From Burkholderiales bacterium (GTDB taxonomy: Bacteria; Pseudomonadota; Gammaproteobacteria; Burkholderiales; SG8-39), in the NCBI GenBank assembly GCA_035607175.1, contig DATNCP010000162.1, positions 18,362-82,361 on the forward strand: 64,000 nucleotides of DNA, given 5' to 3'. Both the position numbers and the translations under genes were made by a program. Below, in pieces: positions 1 through 9,573 of the stretch (position 1 is its first letter; every line of letters starts with the position of its first letter). The notes beneath the pieces were generated by a model. The model was not told the origin of the DNA and ran no database searches. It worked only from the letters and a program-made list of their open reading frames with translations.

Positions 1-573
1 CTCGATTGGGGCTACGTGGTGATGCTGCCGGACAGTTTCGGCACGCGCGGCTTCCCGGACGGCGTCTGCACCAACCCCTCCCGCGAGCGCGTCAACGTGC
101 GGCCCGGACGGCGAGCGGGCGACGCACGCGCGGCCCTGGCTCATCTCTCGGCGCTGCCCTATGTCGACAAGCAGCGCATCGGCCTGATGGGCGGCTCGCA
201 CGGCGGCGCGAGCACGCTCGCTACGCTCAACAGGCCCCGCAGCGGTTTCGCCGCCGCGATCGCGCTCTATCCGCGCTGCGCGGCGTTTTCGCAGCTCAAG
301 CCCGACCTGCCGCTGCTGATCCTGACCGGCGAGCTCGACGACTGGACGCCGGCGAAGGAATGCACGCCGCTTGCCGGCGAGCGCGTGACCGTCAAGGTCT
401 ATCCGGGCGTGCACCACTCGTTCGACAGCCCGCGACCGGAGCGCTACGTTGCCGCGCGGATCAACCCCAGCGCGCCGAGCGGGCGCGGCGCGACCACCGG
501 AGGAAATGCCGAGGCCTGGGCCGACGCTGTGGCCCAGGTCAAGGACTTCTTCGGCCGGACCCTGAAGCCCTAG
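1..573 (+). CDS. dienelactone hydrolase family protein (5' end outside window)
   Basis: The frame is open from nt 1 (LDWGYVVMLPDSFG...). It has a GGSHGG nucleophile elbow, DDWTP and GVHHSF motifs. Stop TAG is at 571-573. Confidence 0.75.
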   Translation, partial: LDWGYVVMLPDSFGTRGFPDGVCTNPSRERVNVRPGRRAGDARAALAHLSALPYVDKQRIGLMGGSHGGASTLATLNRPRSGFAAAIALYPRCAAFSQLKPDLPLLILTGELDDWTPAKECTPLAGERVTVKVYPGVHHSFDSPRPERYVAARINPSAPSGRGATTGGNAEAWADAVAQVKDFFGRTLKP

Positions 574-1523
574 TCGTTCTTGATGTTCGCGGCCCGGGCG
601 ACCGCGGTCCATTTCTCGATGTCGCGCCGCACGCGCGCGCCGAGCTCGGCGGAGCTGCCGCCGACCGGATCGAGCCCCATCTGCGCGAAGCGCCCGCGCA
701 CTTCTGCTGTGTGCACCGCTCGCGCGATTTCCTTCTGCAGCCGGGCGACGATCGCCGGCGGCGTCTTCGCCGGCGCGAAGAACGCGGTCCACACCGGCAC
801 TTCCATGTCGGGCACGCCGGCTTCGGCCATGGTCGGCAGGTCGGGCCAGGACGGATGCCGCTTGCTCGAGGTGACGGCGAGGGCGCGGATCGTGCCGGCC
901 TTGAGCGGCCCGGTGGCGGGCGGCGGATCGACGATCGTCAGCGCGACATTGCCCGAGATCAGCGCCTGCACCGATTCGCCGCTGCTCTTGTACGGGATCA
1001 TCACGAACTTGCTGTCCGTCCTCTGGTTGAACATCTCGGTGGTGATCTGGAAGATGCCGGCGCTCGAGGCATAGTTCGCCTTGCCGGGATTCGCTTTCGC
1101 GTACGCGATCAGCTCCTTCACGCTGTGGATCGGCAGCTTGGCGTCGACGGTGACCAGCAGCGGGAACTCGCAGATCATCGAGATGGGCGTGAAATCGCGC
1201 TGCGCGTCGTACGGCAGCTTCGAGTAGGTCGCCGGGTTGATGGTCATCGGCCCGCTCGGCCCCATCAGCAGCGTGTAGCCGTCGGGCGCCGACCGGGCGA
1301 CGGTCTCGGCGGCGATGATCGACTGCGCGCCGGGCTTGTTCTCGACGATCACCGGCTGGCCGAGCCCCTTCTGCATTTCGGGCTGCATGACGCGGACGAT
1401 GATGTCGTTGCCGCCCCCGGCGGCATAGCCGACGACGATGCGGACCGGCTTGTTCGGGTAGTCCTGCGCCATCGCAAAGCCGGCAAGCAGCGAGAGGAGG
1501 ACGATCAGCGGGATTCTCTTCAT
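570..1523 (-). CDS. Bug/TctC-family periplasmic substrate-binding protein (orphan)
   Basis: ATG at 1523 gives MKRIPLIVLLSLLAGFAMAQDYPNKPVRIVVGYAAGGGND, a signal peptide plus the family N-terminal signature. The upstream part of the 589-aa ORF is an Arg/Ala-rich shadow. Confidence 0.85.
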   Translation of the reverse strand: MKRIPLIVLLSLLAGFAMAQDYPNKPVRIVVGYAAGGGNDIIVRVMQPEMQKGLGQPVIVENKPGAQSIIAAETVARSAPDGYTLLMGPSGPMTINPATYSKLPYDAQRDFTPISMICEFPLLVTVDAKLPIHSVKELIAYAKANPGKANYASSAGIFQITTEMFNQRTDSKFVMIPYKSSGESVQALISGNVALTIVDPPPATGPLKAGTIRALAVTSSKRHPSWPDLPTMAEAGVPDMEVPVWTAFFAPAKTPPAIVARLQKEIARAVHTAEVRGRFAQMGLDPVGGSSAELGARVRRDIEKWTAVARAANIKND

Positions 1524-1537
1524 TGCGCGATGGTAGC

Positions 1538-2362
1538 TCAGTGGCCGTGGGCATGGCCGAGGCCGGCCTTGATCAGCCCGACCTCGTAGTCCACGCCGCG
1601 CTGGCAGTCGCGGTGCTGCCCCTCGGGCAGCAGCCGGCAGATTGCGCCGCTCCTCGCCGGGTCGTGCCCGGTGGCGAACATCGCTCCGCCACCCACGGCG
1701 CGCGCGCATTCCGGCACGTGCCAATCGCGCACGCCGTCGCACATCGTCGGCGCAACCTGGGCGTAGGCTTCCGCACCCTGGTGGATGCGGAAATGCGCCC
1801 ACTGCATCCACAGGCCGCCGAGGCACAGGTCGGCCTCGTGCCGGCCGCCGATCGTCTCGCAGGCGTCCGCCGCCGCCAGCAAGTCCTTGCGGTACACGTG
1901 CATGACGCCGTGGCCGAGCCCGTGCAGGCACTGGCGCCGCTCGAGCGACTGCATGCCGAGCGTGTCGCAGAAGGCGCGCACCCGGGGCGGCGTGGTCTGC
2001 CCCTCCGGCCCGTCGATCACGAAGGCCTCGACCGCGCCGTGCATGCAGCCCTGGAGGCACGCCGAGGTGCAGGCGCGGAAGGCGCGCTCGAGGTTGCGCT
2101 CCTTGCGCCAGCTGGCGTGGCCCACGGCGTGGCCCATGATGTGGCAGTCGTTGACGTTCATGACGCCGCTCTTGACCAGGCCTTCCGCCGCTTCGAGCGC
2201 GGCGGGCGCGCTCTGCCGCATCACGATGTCGTCCAGCCAGGGCGCCACGCATTGCGCACGCGCGCCCCCCTGCGGGAACCGCGCCACGCACTGCGCCACG
2301 ATTGAATCCTGCGCACCGGCTGTGCCGGCAGCGAAACACAGCAACACGAACAGCATTCTCAC
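1538..2362 (-). CDS. secreted Cys/His-rich repeat protein, unknown function
   Basis: GTG 2362 (or ATG 2356) gives the signal peptide MLFVLLCFAAGTAGAQD. The mature part has 14 Cys and repeated C-x-(H/G)-G units (CHIMGHAVGH, CMHGAVEAF, CLHGLGHGVMH, CLGGLWMQW, CARAVGGGAMF). It ends in the His-rich tail GLGHAHGH. Confidence 0.6.
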   Translation of the reverse strand: MRMLFVLLCFAAGTAGAQDSIVAQCVARFPQGGARAQCVAPWLDDIVMRQSAPAALEAAEGLVKSGVMNVNDCHIMGHAVGHASWRKERNLERAFRACTSACLQGCMHGAVEAFVIDGPEGQTTPPRVRAFCDTLGMQSLERRQCLHGLGHGVMHVYRKDLLAAADACETIGGRHEADLCLGGLWMQWAHFRIHQGAEAYAQVAPTMCDGVRDWHVPECARAVGGGAMFATGHDPARSGAICRLLPEGQHRDCQRGVDYEVGLIKAGLGHAHGH

Positions 2363-2366
2363 GCGG

Positions 2367-3194
2367 CTAGCCTAGCAGGGCGGCGTCGGCAGCGCTCAGC
2401 GTCAGCGATGCCCCCTTCATGTTCTCTTCGAGATGGGCGATGGAGGAGGTTCCCGGGATGGGCAGCACGGCCGGCGACCTGGCGAGCAGCCACGCGATGG
2501 CCAGCTGAGCCGGCGTTGCGCCGAGCTTTTTCCCCAATGTCCGGATTTTCGAAGAACGCAGCGCCGCCCCCGCGCCGAGCGGGTACCACGGCAGGAAGGC
2601 GATGCCGAGCTTCTCGCAGCGGTCGATCACGTCTTCGGACGAGCGGTTGTCGAGGTTGTACTCGTTCTGCACCGAGACGATCTTCGCGACCTTGCGGGCG
2701 CGCTCGAGCTGGGCGAGGTCGAAGTTGGAGACGCCGATGTGCCGGATCTTGCCCGCCCGCTGCGCGTCCACCAGGGGCCCGAGCGAATCCTCGAGCGGCA
2801 CCTTCGGATCGACCGCGTGCAGCTGGTAAAGGTCGATGCGCTCGAGCCTCAGGCGCTTCAGGCTGCCGTCGATCGCCTGCTTCAGGTGCTCCGGCCGGCC
2901 GTTCTCGTCCCAGGCGCTCGCCCGCGGCCGCACCAGCCCGCCCTTGGTGGCGATGACCAGGTCCTTCGGATAGGGATGCAGCGCCTCGGCGATCAGCTCC
3001 TCATCGACGTGCGGTCCGTATGAATCGGCGGTGTCGAAAAAATTGGCGCCCAGTTCGTAGGCGCGTCGCAGGACCTTGTGCGCGTGCGCGCGATCCTTCG
3101 GCGGGCCCCAGACGCTCGGGCCGCAGACCCGCATTGCCCCATAGCCGAGGCGGTTGACGATTAGGTCGCCCAAGCTAAGTGTTTGTTTTGTCAT
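2367..3194 (-). CDS. aldo/keto reductase
   Basis: ATG 3194 gives MTKQTLSLGDLIVNRLGYGAMRV...FFDTADSYGP...HAVDP, typical AKR motifs. Confidence 0.85.
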   Translation of the reverse strand: MTKQTLSLGDLIVNRLGYGAMRVCGPSVWGPPKDRAHAHKVLRRAYELGANFFDTADSYGPHVDEELIAEALHPYPKDLVIATKGGLVRPRASAWDENGRPEHLKQAIDGSLKRLRLERIDLYQLHAVDPKVPLEDSLGPLVDAQRAGKIRHIGVSNFDLAQLERARKVAKIVSVQNEYNLDNRSSEDVIDRCEKLGIAFLPWYPLGAGAALRSSKIRTLGKKLGATPAQLAIAWLLARSPAVLPIPGTSSIAHLEENMKGASLTLSAADAALLG

Positions 3195-3269
3195 GTTGGG
3201 ATATAGCCCACTTTTTGCAGCGCAAGATGTGTGGTTGATCTCCCACACCCCAGTCATCACTATGACGCA

Positions 3270-4676
3270 ATGCAGGCCGGCGGCACCACCTTACTCGGAA
3301 GCATCTCGGATTTCTGCCAGCGCACCGGCATGGCCGAGTCGACGTTCGGCCGCCGGGCGGTGAACGACGGCAAGTTCGTCGCCCGCCTTCGCGACGGCGC
3401 CCGCGTTACCCCCGAGACCCTGCAGCGCGTCAACCTGTTCATCTCGAAGAACGGCGGCGTCGCCGCGGGCGAGTCGCCCCCCGAGCTGCTGCCGCTCATC
3501 CGCGCCAGCGCGCCGCAGCCGATGCTGGCGCCGGCACCGGCCGCGCGCCAGGACCCGGAAACGAATTTCCGCTTCTTCGACAACCGGCAGAAGTACCTGA
3601 TGTTCGTGAACACCTGCAGCGAGAAGGACGTGGTCGCCGGGCGCGTCGGTCTCGAGCTCGGCCACATCCATCCGCGGCCGCCGGCGGTGCGCCTGTTCGA
3701 CGCCGGCATGGGCGACGGCACGGTGCTCGCGCGCGTGATGCGCGAAATGCACCGGCGTTTCCCGACGGTGCCGTTCTACATCGTCGGCAAGGAGATCAGC
3801 CTCGAGGACGTGCGCCTCAGCCTGCGCAAGATGGTCGACCGGTTCTACGAGCATCCGGCGACGGTGCTGGTCGTCACCAACATGTACTACACCGAGGCGC
3901 CATGGCTGACGCCGCGCCAGGTCGCCGCTGCCACCTCGATGGTCTGGCACGAGGCGCCGCTGACCGGCAGCACCTCGCACGAATTCGGCGAGCAGATCGC
4001 GGCGCTCGAGCCCTTCCTGGCCAAGAACTGGCAGGCGCGCCACAGCCCGAAGACCGGCAACCCGGTCTACGACCATCCCGTGGCGCTGGTGATCTACCGC
4101 GACGACTACCGCTTCCTGCTCGAGAACGTCATCCCGCGCCGCGGCGAGGGCCGCGCCGACTACGACATGGTGATCGCCTCGCAGCCCTACCGCCTGCGCG
4201 CGCCGCTCGAGTTCAAGGCGCAGAAGGTCGTCGGACCGCTGGTGCGCGCGCTCGGCAAGGGCGGGCGCCTGCTGGGCATCCATTCCTATGGCCAGGACCC
4301 GGGACTGGAGATGATCGAGAAGGTGTGGCCGGGCGAGAACCCGTACACCCAGAGCCGCCACGACCTGCTGCGAGCGGTGAAGGCCGAGCTCGGCAAGGAG
4401 GCGCGGCGCTACAACTTCAACGCGTACAGCGACGCGCGGGCGCTGTTCCGCTACGACATGCACACGCTGCCGACCGAGATCTCGGCGAGCATCGGCACTT
4501 CGACCTTGTTCGCCGCCTGGAATGCGGCGATCTACGTCGCGCAGATCGACGACGCGCGCCTCGGCGAGGCGCTGCGCGGCAGCAGCTACCTCGATGCGAC
4601 GCGCGAGGTGCTGCAGAAGCACGGCAGCCTCTGGTTCCTGGATGAATCCTATGTCGTTTCCCGCAAGCGCGATTGA
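3270..4676 (+). CDS. hypothetical protein with SAM-methyltransferase-like glycine motif
   Basis: ATG 3270 is used; GTG 3231 is also open. The motif LFDAGMGDGTVL resembles methyltransferase motif I. The frame has high GC3. I recognise no family by eye. Confidence 0.55.
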   Translation: MQAGGTTLLGSISDFCQRTGMAESTFGRRAVNDGKFVARLRDGARVTPETLQRVNLFISKNGGVAAGESPPELLPLIRASAPQPMLAPAPAARQDPETNFRFFDNRQKYLMFVNTCSEKDVVAGRVGLELGHIHPRPPAVRLFDAGMGDGTVLARVMREMHRRFPTVPFYIVGKEISLEDVRLSLRKMVDRFYEHPATVLVVTNMYYTEAPWLTPRQVAAATSMVWHEAPLTGSTSHEFGEQIAALEPFLAKNWQARHSPKTGNPVYDHPVALVIYRDDYRFLLENVIPRRGEGRADYDMVIASQPYRLRAPLEFKAQKVVGPLVRALGKGGRLLGIHSYGQDPGLEMIEKVWPGENPYTQSRHDLLRAVKAELGKEARRYNFNAYSDARALFRYDMHTLPTEISASIGTSTLFAAWNAAIYVAQIDDARLGEALRGSSYLDATREVLQKHGSLWFLDESYVVSRKRD

Positions 4677-5529
4677 GCTGCGCCTCCAGGCGCGCATTGC
4701 CGAGCTGGTCACCGGCGGCTCGCTGGAGATCTCGCCGCGCGAGCTGCACCGCGCCGCGGAGGCCGCGGCGCTGCTGCCGAAGGACACCTGCGTCTACATC
4801 CCCTCGCTGCCCGGGTTGCCGTTGTCGCGCACGCTGGAGATGGTGGCTGCGCTGCGCGCCGCCGGTCTCGATCCCGTGCCGCACGTCTCGGCGCGGCGCA
4901 TCGTGGACCGCGGCGAGTTCAAGTCTTTTCTGAAGGAAGCAACCTCAAAGTACGGCGTGCACCGGGTGCTGGTCATCGGCGGCGACGAGCCGAAGGCGAA
5001 AGGGCCGTACAAGGACAGCCTGGACGTATTGCGCGAGGGCGTGCTCGCCGAAGCCGGCATCCGCGAGATCGGCGTCTCGGGCTATCCGGAGGGACATCCG
5101 CGCATCGAAGCTGCGATTCTGTCTTCTTCATTTGAAAGCAAAATTCGCCTTGCCCGCGAGCAGGGCCTGGGCCTGTACGTCGTCACGCAGTTCTCGTTCG
5201 CGCCGAAGCGCGTGGTCGAGTTCTGTTCCGCGCTGGCGCGCAGCGCCCCCAGCGTGAGCGTGTACGTCGGCATCGCCGGGCCGTCGGATCCGGCCGCGCT
5301 GCTGCGCTACGCCCAGCGCTGCGGGGTCAGCACGTCGCTGCGCGCGCTGCGCAACCTCGGCACCGGTATCGCGCGCCTGGTGGTGCACACCGACCCGCAG
5401 GAGCAGGTCGCGGCGCTCGCCGGCTACCTGCAAAGCCGCGGCGCCGGCAACGTGGTCGGGGTGCACCTCTACAGCTTCGGCGGCGCGGTGCGGACGGCTA
5501 GCTGGATGCGCGAGAGGATTTCGGCTTAG
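4642..5529 (+). CDS. methylenetetrahydrofolate reductase (MetF)-like protein
   Basis: Start is ATG 4642 or 4651, overlapping the upstream stop at 4676. GYPEGHP and VVTQFSF resemble the MetF YPE-HP and TQFFFD motifs. VLVIGGDEP is also present. Confidence 0.6.
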   Translation: MNPMSFPASAIELRLQARIAELVTGGSLEISPRELHRAAEAAALLPKDTCVYIPSLPGLPLSRTLEMVAALRAAGLDPVPHVSARRIVDRGEFKSFLKEATSKYGVHRVLVIGGDEPKAKGPYKDSLDVLREGVLAEAGIREIGVSGYPEGHPRIEAAILSSSFESKIRLAREQGLGLYVVTQFSFAPKRVVEFCSALARSAPSVSVYVGIAGPSDPAALLRYAQRCGVSTSLRALRNLGTGIARLVVHTDPQEQVAALAGYLQSRGAGNVVGVHLYSFGGAVRTASWMRERISA

Positions 5530-8500
5530 CCGGCGGAGAGAGCAGCGCCTGCAGTTCCTCCGCCGACACCGGCGCGCTGAAGAAGTACCCTTGATATTCG
5601 TCGCAGCCCTGCGCGGCGAGGAAATCGCGCTGCAGGCGCGTCTCGACGCCTTCGGCGATCACCTTCATTCCCAGGTTGTGCGCCATGGCGATGACCGCGT
5701 GCGTGATCGCGACGTCGCCGAGGTCGTCCGGCACGCCGGAGATGAAGGAGCGGTCGATCTTGAGCGAGTCGATCGGAAACCGCTTCAGGTAGGCGAGCGA
5801 CGAGTGGCCGGTGCCGAAGTCGTCGATCGAGACGCGCACGCCGATCTGCCGCAGCTCGTGCAGCAGCGCGACGGCGCGGTTCGGGTCGTGCATCACCATG
5901 CTCTCGGTGATCTCGAGCTCGAGGCGGCCCGGCGCGAAGCCGTCGTCGCCGACCAGGCTGCGGATGTCGCGGGTCAGGTGGTCGTGCAGGAACTGCCGCG
6001 CCGAGAGGTTGACCGAGAGGCGCACCGAGCGCAGGCCCTGGCGCCGCCAGGCGCGGTGCGCGGCGCACGCCGTCTGCAGCACCCAGTTGCCGATCGGCAC
6101 GATCAGCCCGGTCTCCTCGGCGATGCCGATGAAGCGCCCCGGCGGCAGCAGGCCGTGCTCCGGGTGCTGCCAGCGGACCAGCGCCTCGACGCCGGTGATC
6201 CGGCCGCTGCGCAGCTCGACCTGGGGCTGGAAATGCAGCAGCAGCTCGTTGCGCTCGAGCGCGCGGCGCAGCCCTGACTCGAGCGTCAGGCGCTCGACCG
6301 TGTGCAGGTTGAGCTGGGCCGAGTAGAACTGGAAAGTGTTGCGGCCCTGCTCCTTGGCGCGGTACATCGCGATGTCCGCGTTCTTCAGCAGCGCCTGCGC
6401 ATCGGCTGAATCGTCGGGGTAGGCGCTCGCGCCGATGCTGGCGGTGACGTGGTATTCGCGCCCCCCGAGCACCACCGGCTGGGCGAGGGCGGCGAGCAGC
6501 TTGTGCGCCACCGCCGTGACGTACAGCGGATCGGAGAGATCCTCGAGCAGCACCACGAACTCGTCGCCGCCGAGGCGCGCCACGGTGTCGCTCGCGCGCA
6601 GGCTTTCGGTGAGGCGGCGCGCCACCTCGCGCAGCAGCGCGTCGCCGACGTCGTGGCCGAGGGTGTCGTTGATGATCTTGAAGCGGTCGAGGTCGATGAA
6701 CAGCACCGCCAGGCGCCTGCCATGACGCGCCGCCTGGCTGAGCGCGTGCTCGAGGCGCTGCGCGAACATGACGCGGTTCGGCAGCTTGGTGAGCTCGTCG
6801 TGGGTGGCGACGAAGCGCACCGCTTCCTCGGCCTGCTTGCGGATCAGGAACTGGCCGACCTGGCTGCCGACCACGCCCGCCGCCTCGAGCAGGCGCGCGT
6901 CGGGCTCGCGCACCACGCGGCTGGCGAAGGCGACGACGCCCAGCGTCTTGCCGGCCGAGACCACCGGCAGGACGAAGGACCCGCGCATGCCGTAGTCGGA
7001 GGCGAAACGGCGCGTGGCGCGCGGGTCGGCCGAGATGTCGCCGCTCCATACCGGCTCGCCGGTCTGCCAGGCGCGGCCGGCGAGGCCCTGGCCGGGCGAG
7101 AACACCATGTCGCGGGTGCGCTCGATGAAATTGGTGACGCCCGCATGGTCGATGCCCCACGCTTCGCTGAAGCGCAGCACGCCGGCGTGCCCGTCGATCA
7201 GGTACACCCGGGCGCAGTCCCAGCCCTCCGCCTCGCAGATCGCGCGCATCACGCCTTTCAGGCCGGCCTGGGTGCTCTCGGCCTCGGCGAGCACCCGCGT
7301 CACGGCGTGCTCCATGCGCAGGCGGCGCTCGGCGCGCTTCTGCTCGGTGACGTCGATGATGTTGCCGATCAGGCCCGCAACCTTGCCGTCCGGCCCGGTA
7401 AAGGTGGCCTTGTAGTAGACGGTGTCCCGGTGCGCGCCGTTCGCCAGCGTGATCGGCGTCTCGTACACCTGCGTACCCGGGGTCTGCCAGAGCAAAGTGT
7501 CCATCGCCGACAGCCGCTGCGCGACTCCGCGGTCGTGCGGATAGAGCTCATACACCGTCTTGCCGACGATCTGCTCGCGCCGCGTGCCGAAGAACTGCTC
7601 CCAGGCCTGGTTAACGCCCAGGTAGCGGCCGTCGGTGCCCTTGAAGAAGACCGGGTTGGGCAGGGTCTCGATCAGCTTCTGCGTTCGCTGCTGCGACTCG
7701 GCGAGCCGGGCCTCGCTCTCGCGCAGGTCTTCGGTGATCGTCGCGGCGATGCGCTGCGCGCGGCGCGTCGAGGTGGCAAACGAGCCGACCAGTCCGGACA
7801 GGAGCACGGTGATCACGAGGCCCCCGGAGAGCGCCAGCCAGGGCAGGGCCGCGTCGCTCGCGGTGCGGAAGCGCTGCGGCGGCGCGCTGAACTGCAATTG
7901 CCAGGGCCGGCCGCCGACGTCGATGCTGACTCTCGCGAGGAAGGCGTCGCCGGCCGATTCGGCGCCGCTGTCGTAGATCCTCTGGCCGTCGTCGAAAATC
8001 TGCAGCTGCAATCCCGCTCCCGAGTGGAGCGACACCACGTCCTCCGCCAGGTCGGCGACCCGAAAGGTGAGGCTGACGACCCCGGCGAAGTTGCCGCGGC
8101 GCGAGTCGACGCCGTCGAGCGTCGCGCCGGGGCGATACACGGCGAGACGCAGGGCGCTGCCGGTGTTGTTGGGGGCGGAAACGAGGTTGAACGGCGCCGA
8201 GGCGATCAGGCGGCCGGAGTCGCGCGCGCGCTCGACCGCCTCGCGGCGCAGCGGGTCGGCGAAGAGATCGAGGCCGAAGCCGGCCTGGTTCCCCGCGAAG
8301 GGCTCAAGGTAGTGGACGGGCAGGTACCGCTCGCGCTGTCCCGGCGGCTTGATGGCGAATGCCGGATAGGCCGCCGCGTGCAGGCTTGCGTCGCGGCGCA
8401 CGCTTTCCTCGTAGGCGCTCTTGCCCGCCGCGGTCACGCTGACGGCGTAGCTGAGCGAGCGCAGCCGGGCGGAGCGCTCGGGGCCGAGCGATTCGACGTA

Positions 8501-8767
8501 GCGGTGGAAGCCGGTGCGATTGACCTCGCGGCCGGCGTGGAAAAGGCCCTGCAAGCCGTAGAGGACGATGCGGTAGTCGCGCGCGCGGGCGTCGATCGTA
8601 TTGCGCGCTTCGGCCACCACGCGCTCGAAGCTGGCGCGCGCCGCGCCGTCCACCTCGAGCGTGAGCGAGCGCCAGGTGAATGCGGAAAGCACCACGCCGA
8701 CCGCCAGGATTGCCCAGGCCGTCGGTTGACGGATCCAGTCCCGCAGCTCGGCGCTTCCTGTCCGCAA
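5498..8767 (-). CDS. CHASE-TM-PAS-GAF-GGDEF-EAL c-di-GMP signalling protein
   Basis: TTG start at 8767 sits before the TM helix AWAILAVGVVLSAF. CHASE motif: YLPVHYLEPFAGNQAGFGLDLFADPLRREAVERARDSG. RASD-x5-GGDEF gives the I-site plus A-site. EAL motifs: EALVRW, DDFGTGHSSL, KIDRSF. Confidence 0.85.
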   Translation of the reverse strand: MRTGSAELRDWIRQPTAWAILAVGVVLSAFTWRSLTLEVDGAARASFERVVAEARNTIDARARDYRIVLYGLQGLFHAGREVNRTGFHRYVESLGPERSARLRSLSYAVSVTAAGKSAYEESVRRDASLHAAAYPAFAIKPPGQRERYLPVHYLEPFAGNQAGFGLDLFADPLRREAVERARDSGRLIASAPFNLVSAPNNTGSALRLAVYRPGATLDGVDSRRGNFAGVVSLTFRVADLAEDVVSLHSGAGLQLQIFDDGQRIYDSGAESAGDAFLARVSIDVGGRPWQLQFSAPPQRFRTASDAALPWLALSGGLVITVLLSGLVGSFATSTRRAQRIAATITEDLRESEARLAESQQRTQKLIETLPNPVFFKGTDGRYLGVNQAWEQFFGTRREQIVGKTVYELYPHDRGVAQRLSAMDTLLWQTPGTQVYETPITLANGAHRDTVYYKATFTGPDGKVAGLIGNIIDVTEQKRAERRLRMEHAVTRVLAEAESTQAGLKGVMRAICEAEGWDCARVYLIDGHAGVLRFSEAWGIDHAGVTNFIERTRDMVFSPGQGLAGRAWQTGEPVWSGDISADPRATRRFASDYGMRGSFVLPVVSAGKTLGVVAFASRVVREPDARLLEAAGVVGSQVGQFLIRKQAEEAVRFVATHDELTKLPNRVMFAQRLEHALSQAARHGRRLAVLFIDLDRFKIINDTLGHDVGDALLREVARRLTESLRASDTVARLGGDEFVVLLEDLSDPLYVTAVAHKLLAALAQPVVLGGREYHVTASIGASAYPDDSADAQALLKNADIAMYRAKEQGRNTFQFYSAQLNLHTVERLTLESGLRRALERNELLLHFQPQVELRSGRITGVEALVRWQHPEHGLLPPGRFIGIAEETGLIVPIGNWVLQTACAAHRAWRRQGLRSVRLSVNLSARQFLHDHLTRDIRSLVGDDGFAPGRLELEITESMVMHDPNRAVALLHELRQIGVRVSIDDFGTGHSSLAYLKRFPIDSLKIDRSFISGVPDDLGDVAITHAVIAMAHNLGMKVIAEGVETRLQRDFLAAQGCDEYQGYFFSAPVSAEELQALLSPPAKPKSSRASS

Positions 8768-8823
8768 GGGCCCTCGCCCCGTGGGATTCAGCCCAGTTTA
8801 CCCGCGTCCGATCGCAGGAGGGC

Positions 8824-9573
8824 TTACCCCCGCCCTACAAACGGCATCTTGGTGGCCATGATGGTCATGAACTGCACGTTGGACTCGAGCGGCAGGTTGG
8901 CCATGTGCAACACCGCGGCGCCGACATGCGCGACGTCCATGCGCGGCTCGACCATCATGGTGCCGTTCGCCTGCGGCACGCCCTTGGTCATGCGCTCGGT
9001 CATCTCGGTGGCGGCGTTGCCGATGTCGATCTGGCCGCAGGCGATGTCGTGCTTGCGGCAGTCGAGCGAGATGCACTTGGTCAGCCCGGTGACGGCGTGC
9101 TTGGTGGCGGTGTAGGCCACCGACATCGGCCGCGGCGCGTGCGCCGAGATCGAGCCGTTGTTGATGATCCGCCCGCCCTTGGGGTTCTGCGCCTTCATGA
9201 TGCGGATCGCTTCCTGGCAGCAGAAGAACATGGCGTTGAGATTGATATCCACCACCGCCTTCCAGGTCTCCAGCGGCAGGTCCTCCATCGGCACCGCCGG
9301 CGCGCCCATGCCGGCGTTGTTGAACAGGACATCGAGCCTGCCCCATTTGGCCATCACCTTGCCGAAGATCTCCTTCACGACTTCGGGCCTGGTGATGTCG
9401 CTGGCGAGAACCAGCGCGCGCTCGGCCGCGCCCGAGTCGGCCGCGGCCTTGTCGAGCAGCTCCCTGCGGCGTCCGACCAGCGCGACGCGATAGCCGTCCT
9501 TGAGAAGCGCGAGCGCCGCCGCCTTGCCGATGCCGGTGCCGGCGCCCGTGACGAGCGCAACCTTGTTGTTCAT
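8824..9573 (-). CDS. SDR family oxidoreductase
   Basis: ATG 9573 gives [18 protein letters not shown] (TGxxxGxG). NNAG and YTATK (YxxxK) are present. ATGA overlap with the upstream gene. Confidence 0.85.
   Translation of the reverse strand: MNNKVALVTGAGTGIGKAAALALLKDGYRVALVGRRRELLDKAAADSGAAERALVLASDITRPEVVKEIFGKVMAKWGRLDVLFNNAGMGAPAVPMEDLPLETWKAVVDINLNAMFFCCQEAIRIMKAQNPKGGRIINNGSISAHAPRPMSVAYTATKHAVTGLTKCISLDCRKHDIACGQIDIGNAATEMTERMTKGVPQANGTMMVEPRMDVAHVGAAVLHMANLPLESNVQFMTIMATKMPFVGRG

Noticed and set aside
6449-9115. Very long antisense or alternative-frame ORFs throughout the window. Examples: 6-1589 +, 6449-9115 +, 14450-16825 -, 19418-22147 -, 23264-25915 -, 40040-42229 +, 58749-61616 +.
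   Set aside because: Their translations are low-complexity Arg/Ala/Gly/Pro/His-rich strings with no motifs. They lie opposite, or out of frame with, ORFs that have clear domain signatures. This is the expected stop-codon-poor shadow of about 70% GC DNA.
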